From: Candidatus Sericytochromatia bacterium
GTDB lineage: Bacteria; Cyanobacteriota; Sericytochromatia; S15B-MN24; UBA4093
DNA: 64,000 bases
Direction: 5' to 3'
Assembly: GCA_036676985.1 (NCBI GenBank)
Contig: JAKFBU010000067.1
Location: 15,706 to 79,705 of the forward strand
This document shows, piece after piece, positions 20,069-30,068 of the stretch. The notes under the pieces are model-generated. The model searched no databases and had not been told where the DNA came from. It saw nothing but the letters and a program-made list of their open reading frames with translations. The position numbers were made by a program, and so were the translations under genes. Positions within the stretch are counted from its first letter, which is position 1, and each line of letters begins with the position of its first letter.

Positions 20069-22861
20069 GTGAGGCTGGTTCCGCTCCTGGTGGCCCTGGG
20101 CCTCCTCATGCCGCTCTCGCGGCCGACCCCGGCGGCCCCGCCCCCGCGCGATCCGCTGTACGTCAATCTGGTCTGGCACCAGCACCAGCCCCTCTACCCC
20201 AAGGAGCCCGGCACCAACATCTACAAGATGCCCTGGGTGCGCCTCCATGCGCTCAAGGACTACGTGGACATGGCGGCCGTGGTCGAGCGTTACCCCGGCC
20301 TGCGCCTCACCTTCAACCTCACGCCGGTGCTGCTGCAGCAGCTCGAGGACTACCGCCGGGGGGCGACCGACCGCTACCTGATGCTCGCCTACCGTCCGGC
20401 CGGCCGCCTGTCGGCCGCCGAGAAGACGGCCATCGACAAGGGCTTCTTCCAGGCCTCCGAGGAGACCTTCCGCCGGATGCCCGCCTACCGGGCCCTACGC
20501 GACAAGCCGCGGGATCGCTACACGGAGGCGGACTGGCGTGACCTGCAGGTCTGGTTCTCGCTGGCATGGATGGATCCGGACGACTTGGCGCGTCCGCCCT
20601 TCTCCCTGCTCGTCAAAAAGGGCCGCGGCTTCAGCGAGGAACAGAAGCTGGAGCTCCTGCGCCAGCAGCGCTCCATCGTGGCGAGCGTCATCCCCCTGCA
20701 TCGCCGGCTCCAGAACGAGGGCAAGATCGAGATCGCAACGACGCCCTACTACCATCCCATCCTGCCCCTGGTCCACGATTCGCGGCTCGCGCGCGAGGCC
20801 CTGCCGGGCGTCGAGTTGCCCGAGCGGTTCAGCTTCCCCGAGGACGCCGCCAAGCAGGTGCAGTGGGCCGTCGAGACCTATCAGCGCCTGTTCGGACGCG
20901 CACCGCGCGGCATGTGGCCAGCAGAAGGGGCCGTGGCCCAGGCGGTCGCTCCCCATTTCAAGCAGGCGGGCATTCGCTGGATCGCCTCCGACGAGGGGGT
21001 GCTCGCGACCTCGCTGCGCACCGCCGTGCGCCGCCAGGAGCGGGTCGTGCGGCCCGACCTGCTCTACCGCCCCTACCAGATCCAGGACGGTCCGGCCATC
21101 GTCTTTCGCGATCGCAAGCTCTCGGACGACATCGGCTTCAGGTACGGCCGGATGGACGGGCGTAAGGCGGCCCAGGACCTCTTGCGCCAGCTGAAGGCGA
21201 TCGCCTTCCAGCGATCCATGCCGCAGACCAAGCTCGTGAGCATCATCCTGGACGGCGAGAACGCCTGGGAGCACTACCCGGATGACGGCAAGGCCTTCCT
21301 CGACGAGCTGTACCGGGGCCTGACCACCTCGGACTGGGTCCGCACGACCACGCCGTCCGAGTTCCTCGCACGCAACAAGCCCCAGCCGCTCTCACGCCTG
21401 GCGGCGGGCTCCTGGATCCGCGCCGACTTCGCCACCTGGATCGGCGAGGCCGAGGAGAACCGGGCCTGGGACATGCTCCTGGCGGCCCGTCAGGCGCTGG
21501 CGGCCTATCGCCGGGACCGCGGCGAGGACGCGCGCTACCGCCAGGCCGAGCGCACCATGCTCGCAGCGCAAGGCAGCGACTGGTTCTGGTGGTACGGCAC
21601 CGACCAGGACTCGGGCCGGGATGCGGACTTCGACGCGGGGTTCCGGGATCTGGTGGCGGACGTCTACCGGACGCTCGGCCAGACGGTCCCGGCGGCCGTC
21701 ACCGGCGAGATCCATCGCCTCAACCGCCTGGCGGACCGCATGCCCGCGGGTTACGTGAGCCCCGATCTGGACGGACGCCTGGAGACCGCCTGGGACCAGG
21801 GGGGGCTCGCCTCGCCCCTCGGCGGCACCATGCAGCGGGGCTCGGGCGGGCTCGCCGAGCTGCGCTACGGCTGGGACGCCGAGACCCTCAGCCTCGCCAT
21901 CGGGTTCGATCGCCCGCCCGAACCGTTCCGGATTCGCCTCAAGAGCGCGGAGCGGTCGCGCGAGTGGACGCTCGTAGTGGATCCGGTGGCAGGCTCGGCG
22001 CGTCTCTTGTCGGCTGGCGGGGGGACGTCCGCGCCGGTGCGCGTGGCGGTGGCCGGGCGACAGCTCGAGCTGAGCGTACCGTGGCGCCATTTCGACGGCC
22101 TGGGGCGCGAGCTGCTGTTGCAGGTGGAGGCGGGCGATCGCCCCTTCCCCCGGGAGCCGCTGCGCATCCCGCGCCCCCTGCCCCACGGCACGTTGATGGT
22201 CGCGCTTCCGGACGCTGCGGGCGACGCCCTGGGAGCGGGCGACCTCGCGCCTCCGAGGAGCCCGCGCATGGCGCTGCCGAACTTCGATCTGCGCCAGCTC
22301 GAGGTTGCGGAGGCGGGCGACGAGTGGATCTTCACGGTGCACATGGGCCAGATGGACAACCCCTGGAAGGCCCCGAACGGCCTCGGCCTGCCGACCCTCG
22401 ACCTGTACCTGAGCTCGCACGAGCAGCCGGCCTCGCCGTCGGCGCTGTTCGCGGCGCGGGGGGCCACGGGCGATCGCCCCTGGGACGTGGCCCTGCGCCT
22501 GGAGGGCTGGCTGAGCGGGCTCTATCAGCCGTCGGGCGTCAAGCTCATGGACCTCGTGCCGCAGGCGGACCCGTTGGGTCGCAAGGTGGCCGTGCGGATC
22601 CCGAAGCAGCTCGTGCCCGGCGACCCCCACAGCTGGCGGTATCTGCTCATCGCCCTGGCGCAGGACGGCAACGCGCCGGGTCGCGTCCGGCCGCTGATGC
22701 CGCAGCCGACCCTCTACTACTTCTCGGGCAAGGGGGCTCCGATCCTGGATTGGCTGGATGACGGGCGGCAGGAGCTGGTGCTCGGCATGCGGCCCATGCC
22801 GGTACTTCCGTTCGTGGCGCCGGGACGGCCGGAGTTCAAGCCGCGGGGCGACCGGTTCTAG
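20069..22861 (+). CDS. Secreted GH57 amylopullulanase-like protein with C-terminal glucodextranase DOMON-like domain
   Basis: Signal peptide; HQHQP, WVRLHA, TTPYYHPILPL, WPAEGAV, ILDGENAWEHY, GSWI, SDWFWW; C-terminal DAAGD...NPWKAPNG. Confidence 0.9.
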   Translation: MRLVPLLVALGLLMPLSRPTPAAPPPRDPLYVNLVWHQHQPLYPKEPGTNIYKMPWVRLHALKDYVDMAAVVERYPGLRLTFNLTPVLLQQLEDYRRGATDRYLMLAYRPAGRLSAAEKTAIDKGFFQASEETFRRMPAYRALRDKPRDRYTEADWRDLQVWFSLAWMDPDDLARPPFSLLVKKGRGFSEEQKLELLRQQRSIVASVIPLHRRLQNEGKIEIATTPYYHPILPLVHDSRLAREALPGVELPERFSFPEDAAKQVQWAVETYQRLFGRAPRGMWPAEGAVAQAVAPHFKQAGIRWIASDEGVLATSLRTAVRRQERVVRPDLLYRPYQIQDGPAIVFRDRKLSDDIGFRYGRMDGRKAAQDLLRQLKAIAFQRSMPQTKLVSIILDGENAWEHYPDDGKAFLDELYRGLTTSDWVRTTTPSEFLARNKPQPLSRLAAGSWIRADFATWIGEAEENRAWDMLLAARQALAAYRRDRGEDARYRQAERTMLAAQGSDWFWWYGTDQDSGRDADFDAGFRDLVADVYRTLGQTVPAAVTGEIHRLNRLADRMPAGYVSPDLDGRLETAWDQGGLASPLGGTMQRGSGGLAELRYGWDAETLSLAIGFDRPPEPFRIRLKSAERSREWTLVVDPVAGSARLLSAGGGTSAPVRVAVAGRQLELSVPWRHFDGLGRELLLQVEAGDRPFPREPLRIPRPLPHGTLMVALPDAAGDALGAGDLAPPRSPRMALPNFDLRQLEVAEAGDEWIFTVHMGQMDNPWKAPNGLGLPTLDLYLSSHEQPASPSALFAARGATGDRPWDVALRLEGWLSGLYQPSGVKLMDLVPQADPLGRKVAVRIPKQLVPGDPHSWRYLLIALAQDGNAPGRVRPLMPQPTLYYFSGKGAPILDWLDDGRQELVLGMRPMPVLPFVAPGRPEFKPRGDRF

Positions 22862-22862
22862 T

Positions 22863-23744
22863 TCAGATGGGCTGGCTCTTCACGTCCCCCAGGGACGTCG
22901 AGCCATGCGATTCCGGCTCGCCGTGCCCCCCCGACTCCAGCGGCAGGTTCTTCGGCGACTCGATGCCGATGGCGAGCAGCTGGTCGTCGCCCGGCATGGT
23001 CACGATCTTGACGACCACTCCGCCCTTGAGGAACTTCATGGGCTGCAGGCCCGCCACCATGTCCTCCTCGATGGCCGTGCCGTAGAGCCGGCTCGCCTTG
23101 CCCAGCCGATCGCCGACCGAGAGACCCTCGCTCGTCTTGAAGCCCTTCTCGAGGACGCCCACCTGGTACACCTTGTCGTCCAGGAAGGTGACCGTCAGGT
23201 CCGCCACCGCCGTCTCGCCCTCCTGCGTGAGGCCGTACTGCCACATGATCACCCGGTGCTGCTCCCCGTCCGGGCCGTTCCAGAGCAGCTCCGAGTCGCG
23301 GCGCTCCGGCGCCCCGAGTTTCTGCTCCACCGCGTTTTTCGACTCGCCGACCTGAACGCCCGCGAGGCTCGGCGCCTTGGTGCCCGAGCCGAAGATCTGG
23401 CTGCCGGCCTGGGCCGCAAGCCACAGGGCCCCGGCCGCCAACGTCGCCGTCGCGAGCCGCGTCAGCCGCGATCGCCAGGGCAGCCCCCGCGCGGGCGCGG
23501 GGCGCAGGCGCGCGGGCAGGTAGGCGCCGCAGGCCGCACAGTGCGGCGCATCCGGCTCCGCGATGGCTCGGCCGCACGCCAGGCATGCCGTCTCGTCCGG
23601 CCGAAGGAGCGACTCGCCGCAGTGGGCGCAATAGCTCGCCGCACCCCGCGTCGTCTCCCCACACTGGTGGCAATGCACGACGACCACGGACGCCGGCGGC
23701 GTGCTGGGGGGCGGGTCGAGGGGGTTATCGAGACGATCCGTCAC
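22863..23744 (-). CDS. Double zinc-ribbon membrane protein with extracytoplasmic domain
   Basis: Four CxxC pairs (CHQC, CAHC, CLAC, CAAC), one TM segment, two G(V/L).VG(E/D)......(L/Y)G repeats. Confidence 0.75.
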   Translation of the reverse strand: MTDRLDNPLDPPPSTPPASVVVVHCHQCGETTRGAASYCAHCGESLLRPDETACLACGRAIAEPDAPHCAACGAYLPARLRPAPARGLPWRSRLTRLATATLAAGALWLAAQAGSQIFGSGTKAPSLAGVQVGESKNAVEQKLGAPERRDSELLWNGPDGEQHRVIMWQYGLTQEGETAVADLTVTFLDDKVYQVGVLEKGFKTSEGLSVGDRLGKASRLYGTAIEEDMVAGLQPMKFLKGGVVVKIVTMPGDDQLLAIGIESPKNLPLESGGHGEPESHGSTSLGDVKSQPI

Positions 23745-23929
23745 GCCGACTCTCCACGTCGAGGGTCACGGGCGGATCATAGCGTAACGAATCGTGAAGC
23801 TCCAACATGCAAGCGAGCTTTTCGGCCACCTTGGCCAACGGCCGCCGAGTCGCATGGGGGGCTCGAAAAAGCCCGCCTGATCGGGTATATAGCAATCGCC
23901 AGGACTCCAATACCGTGAAAGGAACGCCC

Positions 23930-24829
23930 ATGCGTCGAACCGTCCGCACCCTCGCCCTCGCCACCGCCTGTTCGCTGCTCGTCGCCGCCTGTGATGCGGT
24001 GGGCACGGCCAACGTGCTGCCCGCGCTCAAGTCGGTGCGGCTGAGCGGTCAGCAGCAGACGATCGCCAACCAGCTCGTGACGGACGTGGTGGCGAACGCG
24101 CAGGCCTACACCGACCTGGATCTGGCCGCCCTGTTCACGGACGGCGGGAGTGCCGCGGCCTATCGCGCCCAGCGTGCCGGTGGCAAGCCCCCTGCTGCCC
24201 AGCAGCGCGACACCAAGGTCAAGGAGCGTTTCAAGCAGCAGCTGGACAAGCACAAGGGCGGCATGAAGGCCACGAGCGTCGCGACGGAGTCGGTGACGGT
24301 GGACGGCGTGGCCTGCGTCGCCACCACCACCCAGCTCCAGTTCAGCCGCGGGGCCGTGACGCAGAGCCAGACCCTCACGCGGACGGTGGATCCCGACGGC
24401 GACGTGCTCAAGGTGGTGCAGGACATGAGCCGCACCTTCCAGAACGGCCACTCCTTCACGGCCCACCGGGAGCGCACCAACGCCGCGGACGGCTCCTACA
24501 CCGTCCTCTACCACTCGGAAGCCACCATGAAGGGCCGGACCCGGGTGGTGGACTGGACGCGCACGGGGGCCGCGGACGGCAGCGAGACGGGCACGGGCAC
24601 GATCAAGCGCGCCAACGGGACGATCGTGACCATCACCGTCACCAAGACGGCCGACGGCGTGACGACGACCGTCACCAAGGACACCGCCGCCAAGGTCGGC
24701 GTCGAGGTCGCTCAGACCGACGGAGCTACCGAGGCCACGGCCAAGGTCACGGACTCCTCGACCGGAACGGAGACCGTGGCGGGGACGGTCACGGTGGATG
24801 CCGAGGCCACCGAGCCCGCAGCGGAGTAA
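23930..24829 (+). CDS. Thr-rich all-beta lipoprotein
   Basis: AAAGGA RBS, lipobox VAAC, long run of Thr-rich beta-hairpins with DG turns. Confidence 0.8.
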   Translation: MRRTVRTLALATACSLLVAACDAVGTANVLPALKSVRLSGQQQTIANQLVTDVVANAQAYTDLDLAALFTDGGSAAAYRAQRAGGKPPAAQQRDTKVKERFKQQLDKHKGGMKATSVATESVTVDGVACVATTTQLQFSRGAVTQSQTLTRTVDPDGDVLKVVQDMSRTFQNGHSFTAHRERTNAADGSYTVLYHSEATMKGRTRVVDWTRTGAADGSETGTGTIKRANGTIVTITVTKTADGVTTTVTKDTAAKVGVEVAQTDGATEATAKVTDSSTGTETVAGTVTVDAEATEPAAE

Positions 24830-24830
24830 A

Positions 24831-24867
24831 CCAAAAGGCCCCCGCCCATCGGGCGGGGGCCTTTTGG
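24831..24867. terminator. Bidirectional intrinsic terminator
   Basis: ccaaaaggcccccgccc-atc-gggcgggggccttttgg between convergent genes. Confidence 0.85.
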
Positions 24868-25404
24868 TCAGTCGCGTCGAAAGAGCCGGCTCAGCTGGTA
24901 GCCGAGTGATCGCTGCTTCTTGAGCGTCGCCTTCGCCTGCTTGAACTCGGCGAGCGCCCAGGCCTGCTGCTCCCGGCGGGAGTTGGCCTCGCCCACCGAG
25001 AAGGCGATGTGCTCCGCTGTCAGATCGCTCAGCCGCTGCCGGGCCAGCCCGTGACCCGGGTCCCGCAGGAGGGCCTGGCGGTACTGGGCGATCGCCCACT
25101 CACGCTTGCCCGCAAGGGCGTAGACCTCGCCGATCCGGAACACGGGCTCGGCGTCCTGCGGGTTGAGCTTGAGCAGATGGTGGTACTGGACGATGGCGTC
25201 GTCGTAGCGGCCGAGATCCGCGAGCAGGGCTCCGAACGACAGCCGCGAGACGCGCCAGTCGGGCTGGAGTGCGAGCGATGCCTCGAACTCCTTGACGGCC
25301 TCCTCCTGGCGACCTTCGGCCGCGAGCGACAGCGCCTGGTCCAGATGGACCTGGGCCGGATCCTTGTCTTTCTTCTTACGCCAGAACCACATGCCTGCAG
25401 TCAT
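24868..25404 (-). CDS. TPR repeat protein
   Basis: About three TPR motifs (EAVKEFEASLALQP, DAIVQYHHLLKLNP, AIAQYRQALLRDP); start uncertain. Confidence 0.8.
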   Translation of the reverse strand: MTAGMWFWRKKKDKDPAQVHLDQALSLAAEGRQEEAVKEFEASLALQPDWRVSRLSFGALLADLGRYDDAIVQYHHLLKLNPQDAEPVFRIGEVYALAGKREWAIAQYRQALLRDPGHGLARQRLSDLTAEHIAFSVGEANSRREQQAWALAEFKQAKATLKKQRSLGYQLSRLFRRD

Positions 25405-25447
25405 TCCTTCGAGCGGGGGCGCCCCTACTATACCCGAGCGATGCGCC

Positions 25448-26329
25448 TTATAGGCTGGGCTTGGACTCCATGACCTTCTTGCCGGTCGGAGTGATGGCCA
25501 GACCGCCGCAGGCCGTCTCCTTGTAGGCCGCGGGCATGGCCTCGCCGATCTCCTTCATGGCCGAGATCACCTCGTCGGGCGGGATGAAGCTCTCGATGCC
25601 CGCGAGTGCCAGCTCGGCGGCGACCGTCGCCATGGCGCTGTACAGGGCGTTGCGCTTGACGCAGGGCACCTCGACGAGCCCGCCGACCGGGTCACAGGCG
25701 AGGCCGAGCGTGTTCTTCACGCCGAGCGCCATGGCATGGACCACCTGGCGGGGCGTGCCGCCCGCCAGCTCGCAAGCTGCCCCTGCGGCCATGCCCGTGC
25801 TGACGCCGACCTCGGCCATGCAGCCGCCCTTGGCCCCGGAGATGGTCGAATTGTTGGCCATGACCATGCCGAGACCCGCCGACACGAAGAGCGCGTTGAC
25901 GATCTCGTCGGGCGTGCTGCCGAGCCGCTGCGAGGCGCCCCACAGGACCGCGGGCACGATGCCCGACGAGCCCGCCGTGGGGGCCGCGACGATCCGCTCC
26001 ATGCCGGCGCTGCACTCGTTGACGGCGAGCGCCCGCGCGGCCATCTGGGCGGCGATGGGGTCCATGAGCTTGGGCGTGTGATGCGCCATGCGGTAGCCCG
26101 TGCCGCTGACCAGGCCGCCGAGGCCCGTCTTGGCGGTCTCGGTGCCGCGCTGCATGGCCTCGCACATGATGCTCCAGCGCGCGAGCATGGCGTCGTGGAT
26201 GAATTGCCGCGGGAAGCCCGAGGTCTGGATCTCGTAGCGGAGCGTGAGCTCGCCGATGCCGATCTCGAGCGTCTCGGCCAGCTGCAGCAAGTCCGCGATG
26301 GTGTCGAAGCGAAGTTCCAACTCGTCCAT
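25448..26329 (-). CDS. sdaAA: L-serine dehydratase, iron-sulfur-dependent, alpha subunit
   Basis: IVAAPTAGSSG, SGAKGGCMAEVG, LGLACDPVGGLVEVPCVKRNA, KETACGGLA. Confidence 0.95.
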   Translation of the reverse strand: MDELELRFDTIADLLQLAETLEIGIGELTLRYEIQTSGFPRQFIHDAMLARWSIMCEAMQRGTETAKTGLGGLVSGTGYRMAHHTPKLMDPIAAQMAARALAVNECSAGMERIVAAPTAGSSGIVPAVLWGASQRLGSTPDEIVNALFVSAGLGMVMANNSTISGAKGGCMAEVGVSTGMAAGAACELAGGTPRQVVHAMALGVKNTLGLACDPVGGLVEVPCVKRNALYSAMATVAAELALAGIESFIPPDEVISAMKEIGEAMPAAYKETACGGLAITPTGKKVMESKPSL

Positions 26330-26339
26330 GGGGGCCTCT

Positions 26340-27017
26340 CTAGCTCAGTTTGGGCAGGTAACGCACCATCTTCATCTCGGGCAGGGCCGCGATGACGGAG
26401 AGGGCTTGGGCGGGAATCTCATGGTCGCCCTCGATGGTCATGAAGGCGTCCTTGCCCTTTTGCTGGCGCGCGACGTTCATGAAGGCGACGTTGATGTGGT
26501 GCTCGGCGAGGATGTTGGTGACGCGCTGGATCACGCCCGGGGTGTCGGTGTGCACCGTGACCAGGGCCGGGAACTCGCCCGAGAGGCGGACCTGGTAGCC
26601 GTTCACCTCGGTGATGGCGACGTTGCCGCCGCCGATGGAGGTGCCGATCACCTGGATCTTGTCGCCGTTGGCGGCCTCCAGCGTGAGCCGGGCCGAGCAG
26701 GGGTGAATCTTGAGGCCCAGATCGACCTTGCCGATCGTCACGTCCATGCCGGCCTCGATGGCGCGCTCGTAGGCATGACGCACGTCCGGGTCGTCGGTGG
26801 CCATGCCGAGCAGGCCTCCCACCAGGCCCTTGTCGGTGCCGTGGCCGGGGCCCGTGTCGGCGAACGAGCCGTGCAGCTCGATCTTGGCGCGGCGCGGGGT
26901 GGCGCCCAGGATGGTGCGGGCGAAGGCGCCGATCCGGACCGCGCCCGCCGTGTGGGAGCTGGACGGTCCGACCATCACCGGCCCGATGATGTCGAAGACA
27001 CTCTTGTACTTGCTCAT
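26340..27017 (-). CDS. sdaAB: L-serine dehydratase, iron-sulfur-dependent, beta subunit (C-terminal ACT domain)
   Basis: SVFDIIGPVMVGPSSSHTAGA, GHGTD, SIGGG. Confidence 0.95.
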   Translation of the reverse strand: MSKYKSVFDIIGPVMVGPSSSHTAGAVRIGAFARTILGATPRRAKIELHGSFADTGPGHGTDKGLVGGLLGMATDDPDVRHAYERAIEAGMDVTIGKVDLGLKIHPCSARLTLEAANGDKIQVIGTSIGGGNVAITEVNGYQVRLSGEFPALVTVHTDTPGVIQRVTNILAEHHINVAFMNVARQQKGKDAFMTIEGDHEIPAQALSVIAALPEMKMVRYLPKLS

Positions 27018-27242
27018 GGGTTCCTTCTGCAGCAGCGGCGCGCGTGTCGCGCGACCAGTGGGTCCATGCTACCACATGGTGCCGCCCTGGCAGCGCTGAA
27101 CCGTTAATGAGCGCGGACTGAGGTACCTCATACCGCCACGCGGGGCCCGGTGATAGCCTGAAATCAAGGAACTGGCCCACCTAGGCGCCCCCAGAGGCGC
27201 ATGGCGCAGGCCGGATCCGGAGAATATGGAAGGAAAAGCCCG

Positions 27243-27914
27243 ATGAAAACGATTGCCCTGCCCCTGCCCGCTCGCGCCCTGCACCGGACTCCCCCGGATC
27301 GGCCCGCGCTCGGCGCGCCGGCCCGCATCGCCACGGTGCTGGCCATCGTCCTCATCGCCGCGTCCTTCCTGTTTCCGCTCTGGACGCTCCACCTGAAGGC
27401 CCCGCAGTACCCCGAGACGCTCAACCTGCACGTCTATGCCTACAAGTTCGCGGGCAGCGGCAACCCCGCGATCGACGACCTCGCCGAGATCAACACGCTC
27501 AACCACTACATCGGCATGGCGGAGCTGCACGAGCAGGACTTCCGGGAGCTGGATCTGCTGCCGCCGGCGATCGCCGTCTCGGGCCTGGCCCTCGCGGCGG
27601 GCCTGGCCCTCGCGGCCCCCTTGCTGCTCGCGACCGGGACGGGCCTGTTGGCCCTGACGGGCGGCCTCGGTCTCGGCTCGGCCTACTTGAAGCTCTATGC
27701 CTATGGACACAACCTGGATCCCGCGGCCCCTCTGAAGATCGACGGCTTCACCCCGCCCCTTTTGGGCAGCAATCGGCTGGTCAACTTCGAGACGATCGGC
27801 ATGTTCGGCCCCGGCGGCTTCATGCTCGTGGCGGCCGGCGGTCTCCTGCTCTTCGCTCTCTGGCATACCTGGCGCTCGGCGATCGGGCGGCGCGGGACGG
27901 TCGTCCGCGGGTGA
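27243..27914 (+). CDS. nosB: NosB-like membrane protein, copy 1
   Basis: PLW...APQYPE...EINTLNHYIGM...YGHNLDP.APLK..GFTPPLLG; four TM segments; upstream of nosZ. Confidence 0.8.
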   Translation: MKTIALPLPARALHRTPPDRPALGAPARIATVLAIVLIAASFLFPLWTLHLKAPQYPETLNLHVYAYKFAGSGNPAIDDLAEINTLNHYIGMAELHEQDFRELDLLPPAIAVSGLALAAGLALAAPLLLATGTGLLALTGGLGLGSAYLKLYAYGHNLDPAAPLKIDGFTPPLLGSNRLVNFETIGMFGPGGFMLVAAGGLLLFALWHTWRSAIGRRGTVVRG

Positions 27915-28014
27915 TGCAAAAACGAGCGGACGTTCATCGGGGCGGCCAAGTTCGTTTGGCCGCCCTGTCCGTGGTCACGGTGCCCCGCCATGTGGCACAC
28001 ACGGAAGGGGACCG

Positions 28015-28043
28015 CTGACAAAGACCACGAGGCATGCTAGCTT
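28015..28043 (+). promoter_or_regulatory. Putative nosZ promoter
   Basis: CTGACA-N17-TAGCTT with extended -10 TG; preceded by hairpin gggcggccaa/ttggccgccc closing nosB copy 1. Confidence 0.4.
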
Positions 28044-28148
28044 TGGTTCAATCCACGCGGCAACGATTCTCTACACATGAGGCCGCCTCCGGCCGGAGGC
28101 AGACATACTAATGACATGGCTCCCACGTCGATGGGGGAAAGGATGGTT

Positions 28149-30005
28149 ATGAGGAATCAAGCGAGGAGACTGACGGTCGCCTTGACGGCCGTGAGCTTGC
28201 TGGCGCTCGCCGGCTGCGCGCCGCAGGGCGAGAAGCCCGCCGGAAACGGAGGCGCCAAGGACGACCGGATCGCGCAGGATGCGGCGCAACGCACCTTCGT
28301 GCCCCCTGGGCAGCTCGACGAGTACTACCTGTTCTATTCGGGCGGCCATTCCGGCCAGGTCTACGTGGCGGGCCTTCCGTCCATGCGCCACATCGCAACC
28401 ATCCCGGTCTTCGCTCCGTATTCGGCCACCGGCTACGGCTTCGACGAAGAGACCAAGGAGATGCTGGGGGGCTACACGTGGGGCGACCTGCACCACCCCT
28501 CGCTCTCCAAGACCAACGGCGACTACGACGGCCGGTGGCTCTTTGTCAACGACAACGCCAACAACCGCGTGGGCCGCATCGACCTGCGGGACATGAAGAC
28601 CCACCAGATCATCAAGATCCCCAACATCTCGGGCAACCACGGCTCGAGCTTCGTCACCAACAACTCCGAGTACGTCCTCTCGGCCTCTCGCTTCTCGGCC
28701 CCGCTCGCCGGCGGCTGGGCGCCCGTCAGCGAGTACAAGGCGAAGTACAAGGGCGTGGTCGCGGGCGTGAAGGTCGATCCGCAGACCGGCGCCATGTCCA
28801 ACGGCTGGCAGGTCATGATGCCGCCCTTCGACTTCGACCTGGGCAGCACGGGCAAGGGTCCCTCCGAGGGGTGGGCCTTCTGGACCTGCTACAACTCGGA
28901 GCGCGCCACCGGCCGCCTGGAGGTCACGGCCTCCAAGAACCCCAAGGACTACGTGGTCGCGTGCAACTGGAAGGCCGCCGAGGCGGCCGTCAAGGCCGGC
29001 CAGGCGCAGATGGTCGGCGGCGTGCCCGTCATCGACCCCAAGAAGGTCCCGGGCGTGGTCTACCTGCTGCCCACGCCCTCGAGCCCGCATGGCGTGGACG
29101 TGACGCCCGACGGCAAGTACATGGCGGCCTCGGGCAAGCTCGCGCCGGTCGTTACCATCTTCGACTTCGAGAAGCTCCAGACGGCCATCCAGAACAAGCA
29201 GTTCTCGGGTGACGAGGACGGCATCCCCGTCGTGAACTTCGAGGCCGTCAAGACCGCCGAGGTGCCCGTGGGCATGGGCCCCCTGCACACGGAGTACGAC
29301 GACCAGGGCAACGCTTACACCTCGCTCTTCCTGGAGAGCGCGGTGGCCAAGTGGAAGGTCGGCACCTGGGAGGTGCTCGACAAGATCCCCGTCGCCTACA
29401 ACGTCGGTCACATGGTGGCCGCCGGCGGCAACGCGGCGCACCCGTACGGCAAGTACCTGGTGTCCATGAACAAGCTTTCGAAGGGCCGTCACATCACGAC
29501 GGGGCCGTCGCAACCCGAGAGCTCCCAGCTCATCGACATCTCGGGCAACAAGATGACCATGCTCTACGAGGCCTTCACGGAGCCCGAGCCCCACTACGCC
29601 CAGATCATCAAGGTGGATGCCGTCAAGCCCATCGAGGTCTACCCCAAGGCCGAGAACAAGCATGCCAATGCCATCTGGAACCCCAACGACGCCAAGATCA
29701 CGCGGAACGGCAACAACGTCGAGATCAAGATGTTCACCATCCGCACCTTCTTCGCGCCGACCGAGATCCCCGTCAACCAGGGCGACCGGGTGACGATCCA
29801 CGTGACCAACGCCGAGCAGACCCGCGACGAGATCCACGGCCTCGGCATCAACGAGTACAACCTGAACGTGGTCATCGACCCGGGCGAGACCAAGACCGTC
29901 ACGTTCGTGGCGGACAAGCCAGGTGTCTTCCCCTTCTACTGCACGAACTTCTGTTCGGCGATGCACCAGGAGATGCAGGGATACCTGACGGTCAAGCCCC
30001 GCTAG
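28149..30005 (+). CDS. nosZ: Sec-dependent (clade II) nitrous-oxide reductase, lipoprotein type
   Basis: Lipobox LAGC; DEYYLFYSGGHSGQ; CuZ ligands DLHH, GNHG, SPHG, GPLH, EPH; CuA DEIHG...CTNFCSAMHQEM; no C-terminal CxxCH cytochrome domain. Confidence 0.97.
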   Translation: MRNQARRLTVALTAVSLLALAGCAPQGEKPAGNGGAKDDRIAQDAAQRTFVPPGQLDEYYLFYSGGHSGQVYVAGLPSMRHIATIPVFAPYSATGYGFDEETKEMLGGYTWGDLHHPSLSKTNGDYDGRWLFVNDNANNRVGRIDLRDMKTHQIIKIPNISGNHGSSFVTNNSEYVLSASRFSAPLAGGWAPVSEYKAKYKGVVAGVKVDPQTGAMSNGWQVMMPPFDFDLGSTGKGPSEGWAFWTCYNSERATGRLEVTASKNPKDYVVACNWKAAEAAVKAGQAQMVGGVPVIDPKKVPGVVYLLPTPSSPHGVDVTPDGKYMAASGKLAPVVTIFDFEKLQTAIQNKQFSGDEDGIPVVNFEAVKTAEVPVGMGPLHTEYDDQGNAYTSLFLESAVAKWKVGTWEVLDKIPVAYNVGHMVAAGGNAAHPYGKYLVSMNKLSKGRHITTGPSQPESSQLIDISGNKMTMLYEAFTEPEPHYAQIIKVDAVKPIEVYPKAENKHANAIWNPNDAKITRNGNNVEIKMFTIRTFFAPTEIPVNQGDRVTIHVTNAEQTRDEIHGLGINEYNLNVVIDPGETKTVTFVADKPGVFPFYCTNFCSAMHQEMQGYLTVKPR

Positions 30006-30012
30006 CCACCGC

Positions 30013-30040
30013 GAGGGTCCCGGGGAGCCCCGGGACCCTC
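30013..30040 (+). terminator. Stem-loop between nosZ and accessory genes
   Basis: gagggtcccgggg-ag-ccccgggaccctc followed by ttctctt. Confidence 0.65.
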
Positions 30041-30068
30041 TTCTCTTCGCGCCTGGGAGGTGCAAGTC

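Noticed and set aside
27154-27167. FNR/DNR box upstream of nosB copy 1
   Set aside because: Only the ATCAA half matches; the left half TAGCC is 2/5, too weak to call
28149-28220. Twin-arginine (Tat) signal in NosZ (QARRLTV)
   Set aside because: Lacks the S/T-R-R-x-F-L-K consensus, is short and ends in a lipobox; the protein body is clade II
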